The translations under genes and the position numbers were made by a program. The notes under the pieces were generated by a model. That model saw nothing but the letters and a program-made list of their open reading frames with translations. It ran no database searches and was not told where the DNA came from. Below are positions 7,287-16,329 of a stretch of DNA of 64,000 nt, piece after piece. The DNA lies in the NCBI GenBank assembly GCA_964627245.1, contig CAZVGS010000001.1:153256-217255 (forward strand), written 5' to 3'. Within the stretch, counting starts at the first letter, position 1. Each line of letters begins with the position of its first letter. The stretch is from an uncultured Gammaproteobacteria bacterium (lineage in GTDB: Bacteria > Patescibacteriota > Microgenomatia > Levybacterales > GWA1-39-11).

Positions 7287-9053
7287 ATGACAAACACAAA
7301 TTCTGATATAGCAAAACTTTTAAGACATGTAGCAGCCTCATATACAATCCTTGACGACAAAAAACATAGATTCCAGATTCTTGCTTATCAAAAAGCGGCA
7401 GACTCAATCGAGTCGCTTTCCAGAGAAGTCAAGGATTTTGCTACGGACAACAAAATCGATGAAATTCCGGGTATAGGCTACAGTATAAAAACCTACCTTT
7501 TCGAACTTATTGAGACCGGAAAAGTTGAACATTTTGATAAAGTTCTTGGGAAAGTGTCACCCGCCGTTTTTCCATTGCTTGACATTCCTACTTTCGGACC
7601 AAAAAAGGCATTTAAGCTCGTTAACGCTTTTGAACTTAAAGATCCAAATACTGTTATACAAGAGGTGTATATGCTCTGTGTGGAAAATAGAATTTCACCC
7701 CTTGATGGGTTTGGGGAAAAATCCCAAAATGATATTAAAAGAGCTATTGATGAATATAAGTTGGGCAAAACCAAATCCTCAAGAATGGTCTTAGCTTTGG
7801 CGTCGGAAATATCAGATAACATGCTATCTTATCTGAAAAAAGATAAAAACGTTATTGAGGCCTACACCCTGGGAAGTCTAAGGAGGATGAAATCAACAAT
7901 TGGCGACATTGATATTGCTGTAAGTTCGAATGCGCCAGAAAAGGTACTGGATTATTTCACCGCTTTCCCATATAAAGATAGAATAATTGAGCGTGGAGAG
8001 ATAACATCGTCCATAATTTTATCGGGCAATAAGCAGGTAGACCTTATGGTGTTAAAGCCAGAAATGATGGGATCCTTACTCCAACACTTCACCGGCAGCA
8101 AGGAGCACAACGTGGCGCTTCGAGAATTCGCAATTAAGAAAGGCTATTCACTTTCAGAAAAAGGAATCAAGCTAAAAGATGGCACACTAAAAACTTTCGG
8201 GAAAGAGGAGGACTTTTATAATTTTCTTGGTCTTGACTGGATTCCCCCCGAATTGAGAGAGAATCAAGGTGAAATTGAATTAGCAAAAAAAAATAATTTA
8301 CCTCGACTGGTTGAGTTAAAGGACATTCGAGGCGATTTTCATATACATTCCAGCTATCCAATAGAGCCGAGTCATGACCTGGGAGCTAACACAATGGAAG
8401 AAATGCTTTCCGATGCAAAAGCATTGGGTTATAAATATTTCGGTTTCTCAGAACACAACCCAAGCGTTGGAAATCACAGTGAAGAACAAATTTACTCTAT
8501 TCTTCTTAAAAGGAACAAAAAAATAGAACAACTTCGTAAGAGTAATAAAAGTATACGTATAATTAATTTACTTGAAGTTGATATTTTGGTTAGCGGCGAA
8601 CTTGCATTAAGCGATCGGTGTCTTGAGCTTCTGGATATGGCAATAGTTTCTATACACTCTTCTTTTAGAACCCCAAAAGAAATAATGACTAGTAGAATTA
8701 TAAAAGGACTGTCTCATCCAAAGGCAAAGATATTTGCACATCCTTCAGGAAGACTCATAAACCAACGGGAGCCTTATGAGGTTGATTGGCGCAAACTGTT
8801 CAAATTCACAGCAAAAAATAATAAGGCGCTTGAAATCAACTCATGGCCGACAAGACTGGATCTGTCAGACAGTTTGGTAAAGGAGGCAAAGACCTACAAC
8901 TGCAAATTTATTGTTAACACGGACAGCCATGCAGTCGCCCATATGAAAAATATGCCATACGGCGTTGCAGTTGCAAGACGAGGATGGTGCGAAAAGGAAG
9001 ATATCATTAACACATTGCCAACAGACAAGCTTTTGAGGTGGATTTCCTCTTAG
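7287..9053 (+). CDS. polX: DNA polymerase X family protein with C-terminal PHP phosphoesterase domain
   Basis: The N-terminal pol-beta-like HhH and nucleotidyltransferase region is followed by PHP-domain metal-binding histidines (FHIHSSY..., FSEHNP..., NTDSHAV). Confidence 0.85.
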   Translation: MTNTNSDIAKLLRHVAASYTILDDKKHRFQILAYQKAADSIESLSREVKDFATDNKIDEIPGIGYSIKTYLFELIETGKVEHFDKVLGKVSPAVFPLLDIPTFGPKKAFKLVNAFELKDPNTVIQEVYMLCVENRISPLDGFGEKSQNDIKRAIDEYKLGKTKSSRMVLALASEISDNMLSYLKKDKNVIEAYTLGSLRRMKSTIGDIDIAVSSNAPEKVLDYFTAFPYKDRIIERGEITSSIILSGNKQVDLMVLKPEMMGSLLQHFTGSKEHNVALREFAIKKGYSLSEKGIKLKDGTLKTFGKEEDFYNFLGLDWIPPELRENQGEIELAKKNNLPRLVELKDIRGDFHIHSSYPIEPSHDLGANTMEEMLSDAKALGYKYFGFSEHNPSVGNHSEEQIYSILLKRNKKIEQLRKSNKSIRIINLLEVDILVSGELALSDRCLELLDMAIVSIHSSFRTPKEIMTSRIIKGLSHPKAKIFAHPSGRLINQREPYEVDWRKLFKFTAKNNKALEINSWPTRLDLSDSLVKEAKTYNCKFIVNTDSHAVAHMKNMPYGVAVARRGWCEKEDIINTLPTDKLLRWISS

Positions 9054-9069
9054 GACATTTCAGCCTCAA

Positions 9070-9098
9070 TTGACAGCAAATCTGTGTTATGAGATAAT
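9070..9098 (+). promoter_or_regulatory. Promoter of lemA-htpX: TTGACA-N17-(TGa)GATAAT, 9 nt before the ATG
   Basis: The sequence reads caaTTGACAgcaaatctgtgttatgaGATAATgtataagttATG. Confidence 0.45.
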
Positions 9099-9107
9099 GT
9101 ATAAGTT

Positions 9108-9665
9108 ATGAATATTTGGATAGGAATAATTGCATTTTTAGCACTAGGAGTAATAGCCTATATCTGGCTGACATACAACTCCCTTATCACCCTCAGAGAA
9201 AGAATCAAAGAAGCACTTTCAGGAATCGACGTTCAGCTTAAAAGAAGGGCGGATCTTATTCCAAACCTCCTTGAGACAGTTAAAGGATACGCAAAACATG
9301 AAAAGGAAGTTTTTGAGAATGTCACGAAGGCAAGAAGCATGCTTATGAAGGCAGACTCACTTCCTGATAAAGCAGCTGCGGACAACATGTTGACTGGAGC
9401 TCTTAAATCTCTTTTTGCTGTAGCTGAAGCGTATCCTGATCTTAAAGCAAGCGAAAACTTCAAAGAATTGCAGGATGAACTGGCCGATACGGAGGACAAA
9501 GTCAGCTATTCAAGACAATTCTACAATTCAAATGTTCTGGCATTCAATACTAAAATCCAAACATTTCCTGCAAATTTGATTGCATCTCAGTTTGGCTTCA
9601 AAGCATACGAGTTCTTCGAAGTCGACGAGGAGTCTGAAAGAAAAGCTCCCAAGGTAAAGTTTTAG
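9108..9665 (+). CDS. lemA: LemA family protein
   Basis: It has an N-terminal TM helix and the typical LemA core ([42 protein letters not shown]). Confidence 0.85.
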   Translation: MNIWIGIIAFLALGVIAYIWLTYNSLITLRERIKEALSGIDVQLKRRADLIPNLLETVKGYAKHEKEVFENVTKARSMLMKADSLPDKAAADNMLTGALKSLFAVAEAYPDLKASENFKELQDELADTEDKVSYSRQFYNSNVLAFNTKIQTFPANLIASQFGFKAYEFFEVDEESERKAPKVKF

Positions 9666-9689
9666 TATCAATTCTATCCCTCTTTACGT

Positions 9690-10592
9690 ATGACAATCTA
9701 CAATCAGATTTCATCTAACAAATGGAAAACTTATCTCATGATGGGGAGCTTCATATTGCTTTTCTTAGTCGTTTCATATTTTATCGGCAAATCTCTTGGG
9801 TATGGATTATCATTCGTTGGAATATTCTTGATTATTTCAGGAGTCATGTCATTTGTAAGCTACTATTACTCCGACAAGATTGTTCTTTCAATGAGCGGTG
9901 CGAAAATAGCAAATAGAGATGAACATAGAGCTCTCTTTAACTCTGTTGAAAATTTATGTATTGCTTCCGGAATGCCAAAACCAAAAGTATACGTGATAAA
10001 TGAAACAGCACCCAATGCTTTCGCAACCGGAAGGGATCCGGACCATGCTGTTATTGCTGCGACGACCGGACTGCTATCAATTCTTTCCGAAGCAGAGCTT
10101 GAAGGAGTAATTGGCCATGAGCTTTCGCATATCAAGAATTATGACACGAGACTTATGGGAGTAGTCGCAATATTAGCCGGCTCGATTGCAATAATTGCGG
10201 ATTTTTTCCTCCGAAGCCTTTTTTGGGGAGGAATTGGAGGAGATAATAACAACAAAAACACTCATCCTATCTTTTTTTTACTTGCTATAGTTGCAGCTAT
10301 ACTGGCTCCGATTGCAGCGATGCTTATACAATTTGCAGTTTCCCGGAAAAGAGAGTTTTTGGCTGATGCCTCTGGAGCTCTTTTAACACGCCACCCGGAG
10401 GCTTTAGCAAGGGCTTTGGAAAAAATAGCATCAGACAATCATAAGATGAAAAATGCATCAAATGCTATCGCCCACCTTTACATAGAGAACCCATTCAAAA
10501 CGGACTCAAGAAAAAAAGTTTCATTTTTTTCAAACCTCTTCTCTACCCATCCGCCCGCTGCGGAGAGAATCCGGATACTCCGTTCGATGTAA
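9690..10592 (+). CDS. htpX: M48 zinc metalloprotease HtpX homolog
   Basis: HEXXH is present in GVIGHELSHIKNYD. There are four TM segments, and the C-terminus ends STHPPAAERIRIL. Confidence 0.85.
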   Translation: MTIYNQISSNKWKTYLMMGSFILLFLVVSYFIGKSLGYGLSFVGIFLIISGVMSFVSYYYSDKIVLSMSGAKIANRDEHRALFNSVENLCIASGMPKPKVYVINETAPNAFATGRDPDHAVIAATTGLLSILSEAELEGVIGHELSHIKNYDTRLMGVVAILAGSIAIIADFFLRSLFWGGIGGDNNNKNTHPIFFLLAIVAAILAPIAAMLIQFAVSRKREFLADASGALLTRHPEALARALEKIASDNHKMKNASNAIAHLYIENPFKTDSRKKVSFFSNLFSTHPPAAERIRILRSM

Positions 10593-10617
10593 AGCGGCCT
10601 AAAATCCTTTTTGGTTT

Positions 10618-10626
10618 TGTTATACT
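10618..10626 (+). promoter_or_regulatory. Extended -10 element TGTTATACT, 6 nt upstream of the murT ATG
   Basis: The sequence reads ttTGtTATACTtattccATG. Confidence 0.3.
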
Positions 10627-10632
10627 TATTCC

Positions 10633-11916
10633 ATGCATCACGCAATAGTCGCAGCAAAAACTGTTTTGAGGATATCAAAGAAATTCAATCTTGGATCAGG
10701 CTCAACCTGGCCGGGTCACGTAGCTTTGAAATTAGATAAAAAATTTATTAAAAAGATTATCGATCAAAATCCGGGAACAAAAATAATTCTAATTGCAGGA
10801 ACCAATGGAAAAACCACTACAACAAAAGCGCTTGCTCATGTATTGGAAATATCAGGATATTCTGTAGTAGCAAATGATGCCGGAGCTAATCTTCTTAATG
10901 GCTTAGCAACTCTTATCGCAGAAAGTGTTAAAATCTCAGGAAAACTTCAGCACAAAGTAATAATTTTTGAAGTTGATGAGAACACTCTGCCGAATGTTAC
11001 AAACCAGATACCAAATCCTTCTTGCATTGTTATGCTCAATCTTTTCAGAGATCAACTGGACCGATATGGAGAAGTAAATAGTACGGCTGAAAAGTGGCGG
11101 GCGGCAATTCAAAATTTAGATCCAAGAACTCTTGTTGTCGCAAATGCAGATGATCCAGTCGTATCTCATGTAGCTTCGTTCTCAAAAAACACGAAGTTTT
11201 TTACAGTTAATTCTAAACATAGATCAGAAAGAACTTTGGAACATGCTGTTGACTCAACAACATGCCCAAAATGTACTTCTCCTCTCAGATACATTTCTGT
11301 ATCCTATTCACATCTAGGCAATTACCTTTGCGAAAAATGCGGATTTACAAACTCTAAGGCTACAGGTTTGGATATTCAAACATCCCTCTTGGGATCTTAC
11401 AATCAATACAATTTGAATGCAGCGTTATGCGTTCTTAAAGAGGTCTTCAATATCAGAGAAAATGATATATTAAAAAGTTTTGAGTCACTCAAGCCTGCTT
11501 TTGGCCGCCAAGAGATCTTTAGAATTGACAATAAGGAAGTAATGCTTCTTCTCTCAAAGAATCCTACCGGTTTTAATCAAAGCCTGAAGGTCGCTTCAAG
11601 CAATTCTGACACAACCCTTTTATTGCTCTTAAACGACCGCGTGCCCGACGGGAGAGACATCTCATGGATATGGGACGTAGATTTTGAAAATTTAAGGTAT
11701 TCTAAGAAAAAAATTATTGTTTCAGGAGACAGATGCTACGACATATCTAACAGATTGTTATTTGCAAATGTTAGCCACACAGCTATAGAAAATCAAAAGG
11801 AGGCATTGTGGGAAAGCCTAATGCATACAGAAAGTGGAAAGAGGCTAACCATTCTGCCGACATATTCTGCAATGCTTGAGATAAGGAAAGAAATTTCAGG
11901 CAGAAAAATACTATGA
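10633..11916 (+). CDS. murT: Lipid II isoglutaminyl synthase subunit MurT (Mur ligase fold with Cys4 zinc ribbon)
   Basis: It has the Mur-ligase P-loop IAGTNGKTTTTKAL, a zinc-ribbon insert (CPKCTSPL...CEKCGF) and a C-terminal DUF1727-like region. It is followed by gatD with a 4-nt overlap. Confidence 0.8.
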   Translation: MHHAIVAAKTVLRISKKFNLGSGSTWPGHVALKLDKKFIKKIIDQNPGTKIILIAGTNGKTTTTKALAHVLEISGYSVVANDAGANLLNGLATLIAESVKISGKLQHKVIIFEVDENTLPNVTNQIPNPSCIVMLNLFRDQLDRYGEVNSTAEKWRAAIQNLDPRTLVVANADDPVVSHVASFSKNTKFFTVNSKHRSERTLEHAVDSTTCPKCTSPLRYISVSYSHLGNYLCEKCGFTNSKATGLDIQTSLLGSYNQYNLNAALCVLKEVFNIRENDILKSFESLKPAFGRQEIFRIDNKEVMLLLSKNPTGFNQSLKVASSNSDTTLLLLLNDRVPDGRDISWIWDVDFENLRYSKKKIIVSGDRCYDISNRLLFANVSHTAIENQKEALWESLMHTESGKRLTILPTYSAMLEIRKEISGRKIL

Positions 11917-12680
11917 AAAAAATGAATATCCTCAATCCAAAACTAACAATTGCCTGGCTTTATCCAGAGATGATGTCGACATATGGTGACCGGGGCAATA
12001 TCATTGTTCTTAAAAAAATTGCTGAGGATAACAATATAAATATTGACATCTTAAGAGTCAACCACGCGTCTGACCCGGGCATTCTTAAAGAAAGTGATAT
12101 TTTATTTATGGGCGGCGCACAGGATCTACAGCAGGAGATAGTCAATACGGATTTGATTTCAAGTAAAGGAAAAGTCCTTTTGGAAATGGTTGAGAATGAA
12201 ATTCCGGGACTTTATGTGTGCGGCGCATATCAATTTTTAGGAAACTACTATAAAGACGCGTATGGAACAGAAATAAAAGGGCTTGGAGTATTTGACATGC
12301 ACACAGAAAGTCACAGAACAAAGCCCCGCCTCATAGGAAATATTATTATTTCTCCAACTAAACCCTATCTAAACCCTAAATCCTTATTTGTTGGTTTTGA
12401 AAATCATGGAGGAAGAACTTATCTAAAAGACAAATCCCAAGCATTCGCTAAAGTAATAAAAGGATACGGCAACAATGGAGAGGACGGAACAGAGGGAATA
12501 ATTTATAAAAATTCAATTGGAACTTACCTCCACGGCCCAATCCTTCCTTCAAATCCAAGCTTAGCAATAAAAATTCTGGAAACTGCCTTAGTAAAAAAAT
12601 ACGATAAAAAAGTTAAACTTGTATTTGATGATGCAATCTCCCAGAAAGCAAAAGAGACTATTCTACAAAGATATAGTTAA
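11913..12680 (+). CDS. gatD: Glutamine amidotransferase GatD (CobB/CobQ-like GATase, MurT partner)
   Basis: The catalytic Cys lies in LYVCGAYQFLG and the His in GTYLHGP. The size and position immediately after murT fit GatD. Confidence 0.8.
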   Translation: MKKMNILNPKLTIAWLYPEMMSTYGDRGNIIVLKKIAEDNNINIDILRVNHASDPGILKESDILFMGGAQDLQQEIVNTDLISSKGKVLLEMVENEIPGLYVCGAYQFLGNYYKDAYGTEIKGLGVFDMHTESHRTKPRLIGNIIISPTKPYLNPKSLFVGFENHGGRTYLKDKSQAFAKVIKGYGNNGEDGTEGIIYKNSIGTYLHGPILPSNPSLAIKILETALVKKYDKKVKLVFDDAISQKAKETILQRYS

Positions 12681-12692
12681 AACTCCTAACGC

Positions 12693-12721
12693 TTGCGGTT
12701 TGAACTTAGGCACATTACAAT
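12693..12721 (+). promoter_or_regulatory. Putative promoter of gatC-gatA-gatB-(NTase)-dnaE: TTGCGG-N17-TACAAT, 6 nt before the gatC ATG
   Basis: The sequence reads gcTTGCGGtttgaacttaggcacatTACAATaaggtaATG. Confidence 0.3.
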
Positions 12722-12727
12722 AAGGTA

Positions 12728-13015
12728 ATGAAAATTGATGTAAAGAAGGTAGCAAGACTTGCCAATTTAACTCTAACTCCCGAAGAAGAGGACGAGTTTG
12801 ATAAGCAATTGAATAATATCGTCGGCTATATTGAAAAACTAAATTCAGTCGATACTTCCAACGTGGAACCAACAGCACAGGTAACAGGTCTTAAAAATAA
12901 AAGACGCAATGATAACTTTTCCGACGATACTCTTTCACAAGAAGAAGCACTCGCAGGAGGCAAGAAAACTCACAATGGTTTGTTTGTTGTTGACAAATTG
13001 GTCGATACAACATAG
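12728..13015 (+). CDS. gatC: Asp/Glu-tRNA(Asn/Gln) amidotransferase subunit C
   Basis: The sequence KKVARLANLTLTPEEEDEFDKQLNNIVGYIEKL is typical of GatC. Confidence 0.85.
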   Translation: MKIDVKKVARLANLTLTPEEEDEFDKQLNNIVGYIEKLNSVDTSNVEPTAQVTGLKNKRRNDNFSDDTLSQEEALAGGKKTHNGLFVVDKLVDTT

Positions 13016-13053
13016 CCAAGAGTTAAAAGTCATTAGACGTTAGACATTAGAAA

Positions 13054-14454
13054 ATGCAAATACAAGATTTTACAATTTCAGACATTAATGAAGGTTATAA
13101 AGCCAAGAAATTTTCCGTTTCTGAAGTAATAAACTCTTATCTTGAAAGGGTAGAGAAATTAAACACAACTCTCAATGCTTTTATCACCATTGATGCTGAA
13201 AATGCGAAAAGGAAGGCAAAAGAATTAGACAATAAAGGAACAACAAATGCGCTTCACGGAATCCCATTCGGAATAAAAGATATGTTTTTAACAAAAGGTG
13301 TCAAAACTACTGCTGCATCAAATGTGCTTAAAAATTACATACCGCCCTATTCGTCCTCGGCTATAGACAGGCTCGAAGCAGCAGGGGCAATTTCTTTAGG
13401 AAAACTCAATCACGACGCATGGGCTCATGGCTCATCGGGTGAAAATTCAGATTTTGGAAATACTCTAAATCCTTGGAATCAAGACTTTATTCCCGGAGGT
13501 TCTTCCTCAGGATCCGGTGCATCCGTTGCTGCAGGAATGGTCCCATTTTCAACAGGAACAGATACCGGTGGCTCAATAAGACTACCAGCAAGTTTTACAA
13601 ATACAGTCGGCTTAAAGCCAACATATGGTTTAGTTTCCCGATATGGAGTGATAGCCATGGCATCTTCACTCGATTCAATTGGACATTTTTCAATAAACGT
13701 TCGCGATAGCGCAGAAATACTAAACATTACTGCAGGATCCGACGGTTATGATTCCACTGTTTCAGAACGAAAAAAGGAAGACTATACAGAAAAAATTGGA
13801 CAAGACATAAAAGGATTAAAAATTGGCGTACCAAAAGAGTATATCGAGGGCCTTTCAAGAGAAGTAAAAGGCGTGTTTGATGATGCACTAAAAACTCTTG
13901 AAAAATTGGGAGCGGATATCATTGAGATATCACTTCCCCACACTGATGAGGGGATTGCAGTATATTACATTATTCAGCCTTCTGAAGTGTCATCAAACTT
14001 GGCTAGGTACGATGGAATTCGCTATGGAAATGAAAGATCATATTTTGGAAAAGAGGCAAAGAGGCGCATAATGCTTGGGACATTCACGCTTTCTTCCGGC
14101 TATTATGACGCATACTATAAAAAAGCAATGCAGGTAAGAACCTTAATAAAGAATGACTTTGATGAGGCTTACAAAAAAGCAGATCTTCTTATCTCCCCAG
14201 TCTCCCCGACTCCGCCTTGGAAATTTGGTGAAAAAGCAAGCGACCCTTTACAGATGTATTTGTCTGACGCTTTGACAGTAACTGTTAATTTAGCGGGTAT
14301 TCCCGGCCTTGCCGTACCCGCAGGGTTTTCCAGTGACAAACTCCCGATAGGCATCCAATTTTTAGGACCGCATTTCTCAGAAAAACTCTTATTTCAAGTC
14401 GGTCATGCGTTTGAAGAAGAAACGAAATTTTACTTAGAAAAACCAAATTTATGA
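13054..14454 (+). CDS. gatA: Asp/Glu-tRNA amidotransferase subunit A (amidase)
   Basis: It carries the amidase signature GGSSSGSGASVAAG and Ser-cisSer-Lys context residues. Confidence 0.9.
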   Translation: MQIQDFTISDINEGYKAKKFSVSEVINSYLERVEKLNTTLNAFITIDAENAKRKAKELDNKGTTNALHGIPFGIKDMFLTKGVKTTAASNVLKNYIPPYSSSAIDRLEAAGAISLGKLNHDAWAHGSSGENSDFGNTLNPWNQDFIPGGSSSGSGASVAAGMVPFSTGTDTGGSIRLPASFTNTVGLKPTYGLVSRYGVIAMASSLDSIGHFSINVRDSAEILNITAGSDGYDSTVSERKKEDYTEKIGQDIKGLKIGVPKEYIEGLSREVKGVFDDALKTLEKLGADIIEISLPHTDEGIAVYYIIQPSEVSSNLARYDGIRYGNERSYFGKEAKRRIMLGTFTLSSGYYDAYYKKAMQVRTLIKNDFDEAYKKADLLISPVSPTPPWKFGEKASDPLQMYLSDALTVTVNLAGIPGLAVPAGFSSDKLPIGIQFLGPHFSEKLLFQVGHAFEEETKFYLEKPNL

Positions 14455-15785
14455 ACACTAATTACGAAACAGTAGTCGGAATGGAAATCCATGTCGAGCT
14501 TTCGACTATGACAAAAATGTTTTGCCGCTGCCCCGTACCGGCATTGTCAGACAAACCAAACACACGAACATGTCCCATTTGTCTTGGCCTTCCTGGGGCA
14601 CTTCCCTTTCCGAATTCAAGAGCAATTGAGGACTGTATAAAAATTGGCCTTGCACTCAACTGTACTATCAACAAAAAGTCTTTCTTCGAAAGAAAAAATT
14701 ACTTTTACCCCGATCTTTCTAAAGGATTTCAAACATCTCAATTCCTTCATCCTTTTGGAGAAAAGGGCTACTTGGACATTAAATTGAACGGTACAACAAA
14801 AAGAATAGGAATAACACGGGTCCATATGGAAGAAGACACCGGAAAGCTGACCCATGCAACTGTAGACGGAAAAGAAGTATCGCTTATCGACTTCAATCGC
14901 TCAAGTGTTCCTTTGGTCGAAATTGTTACCGAACCCGACATCAGATCTGGAGAGGAAGCCAAATTATTCTTAACGGAATTACAAAAAATCATCCGTTACC
15001 TTGGAGTAAGCAATGCAGATATGGATAAAGGACAAATGAGACTTGAGCCGAATATCTCACTCCGCCCTACCGGACAAACTGAACTTGCCAAATATAAGGT
15101 GGAGGTTAAAAACATTAATTCGTTCAAATTTGTAGATAAAGCAATACAATTCGAAGAAAAAAGGCACAAAGAACTTTTGGACAAAGGTGACACGCCCGTT
15201 CAGGAAACGCGAGGCTGGAATGAATTTAAGAATAAAACTGTCAGCCAGAGATCTAAAGAAGAGGCACACGACTACCGCTATTTTCCGGAACCTGATATAC
15301 CACCGATAGAATTTACTGATGATGAAATTTCAAAAATTAAACATGAAATTCCCGAACTTCCCGATGCGAAAGCAAAAAGGTTTGTCTCTGAGCTTGGTAT
15401 TTCCGAATACACTTCGGAGATTCTTACACGGGATCTGCAAACTGCAAGCTTCTTCGAGAAAGCAGTAGAGGACGGAAAGACTATTGGAATTGATGCCAGA
15501 ACAATCGCAAATTACATTATAAATAAGAAGCCTGATCTTTCAAAAGTAGAACCGGCAGGACTTGTCAAAATGATAAAGGAAGAAACAAACGTTGAGAGTC
15601 TGGATGAAAAAACTTTAGAAGATACGATTAAAAAAGTGCTTGAAGAAAATAAGACTCTTGCCGAAGAATACAGATCAGGCAAGGTGCAGGTTTTGGGCTT
15701 TCTGATAGGACAAATAAGAAACGCTTTACCCAAAGCAAAAGACATGGATCAGATTAGAAAAACCCTCATTAAAATGCTAGAATGA
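14451..15785 (+). CDS. gatB: Asp/Glu-tRNA amidotransferase subunit B
   Basis: The N-terminus (YETVVGMEIHVELST) and the C-terminal YqeY/GatB domain are present. It overlaps gatA by 4 nt. Confidence 0.9.
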   Translation: MNTNYETVVGMEIHVELSTMTKMFCRCPVPALSDKPNTRTCPICLGLPGALPFPNSRAIEDCIKIGLALNCTINKKSFFERKNYFYPDLSKGFQTSQFLHPFGEKGYLDIKLNGTTKRIGITRVHMEEDTGKLTHATVDGKEVSLIDFNRSSVPLVEIVTEPDIRSGEEAKLFLTELQKIIRYLGVSNADMDKGQMRLEPNISLRPTGQTELAKYKVEVKNINSFKFVDKAIQFEEKRHKELLDKGDTPVQETRGWNEFKNKTVSQRSKEEAHDYRYFPEPDIPPIEFTDDEISKIKHEIPELPDAKAKRFVSELGISEYTSEILTRDLQTASFFEKAVEDGKTIGIDARTIANYIINKKPDLSKVEPAGLVKMIKEETNVESLDEKTLEDTIKKVLEENKTLAEEYRSGKVQVLGFLIGQIRNALPKAKDMDQIRKTLIKMLE

Positions 15786-15789
15786 TTCA

Positions 15790-16326
15790 ATGACTGATGA
15801 AATTAGAGACACTCCCCACCCGCAAGAGCAAAACCAAACAGCTGAAAAATATCTCGAAAGGATTGGTGCGGTTGACAGAGAGAACCTAAGAATTCTTACT
15901 AAGTCATTCGCTGATACACTTCAAACTGAAGGTGTGAAAGGGTTTATTTTTGCTGTTGGTGGAACGACAATATCCCAAAATCCGCAAGAAAGAAAGGACA
16001 TAGATTTATTGATGGGGATAGAACAAGAACTTGGGGATACATCAAAACTTGCTCCAGTTGGAAAGTACAGATTGGAGTTTGACGGATGGAAAAGTTTAGC
16101 TCTTAAGTCATTGAAGCCTCTGATAGAAAAAGGGGTCATTATTGGCTATATCGAGGATCCAATATATCCAGATAAGGAAAGAGAGAGTCTACCTGCTAAT
16201 GATGGCAAATTGGTCTTAAACTTTAGAGCCGGCAAGACGGTCGAGGTTTTGTGCCACCACGGAACAGAAATAAGTAAAACGGCAATCCAATTGTTCTCAA
16301 ATAGGAACCAAGCGCAAGCAGCATAA
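15790..16326 (+). CDS. Hypothetical protein with minimal nucleotidyltransferase (pol-beta-like) motif
   Basis: FAVGGTTISQNPQERKDIDLL fits the hG[GS]...D-x-D NTase signature. It lies 4 nt after gatB and 3 nt before dnaE. Confidence 0.45.
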   Translation: MTDEIRDTPHPQEQNQTAEKYLERIGAVDRENLRILTKSFADTLQTEGVKGFIFAVGGTTISQNPQERKDIDLLMGIEQELGDTSKLAPVGKYRLEFDGWKSLALKSLKPLIEKGVIIGYIEDPIYPDKERESLPANDGKLVLNFRAGKTVEVLCHHGTEISKTAIQLFSNRNQAQAA

Positions 16327-16329
16327 CTT

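Noticed and set aside
6999-7290. 26-codon N-terminal extension of the LysM ORF (to 7076) and the plus-strand ORF 7093..7290
   Set aside because: Both overlap tRNA-Asp(GTC). The LysM start at 6998 has a proper AAGGAG Shine-Dalgarno.
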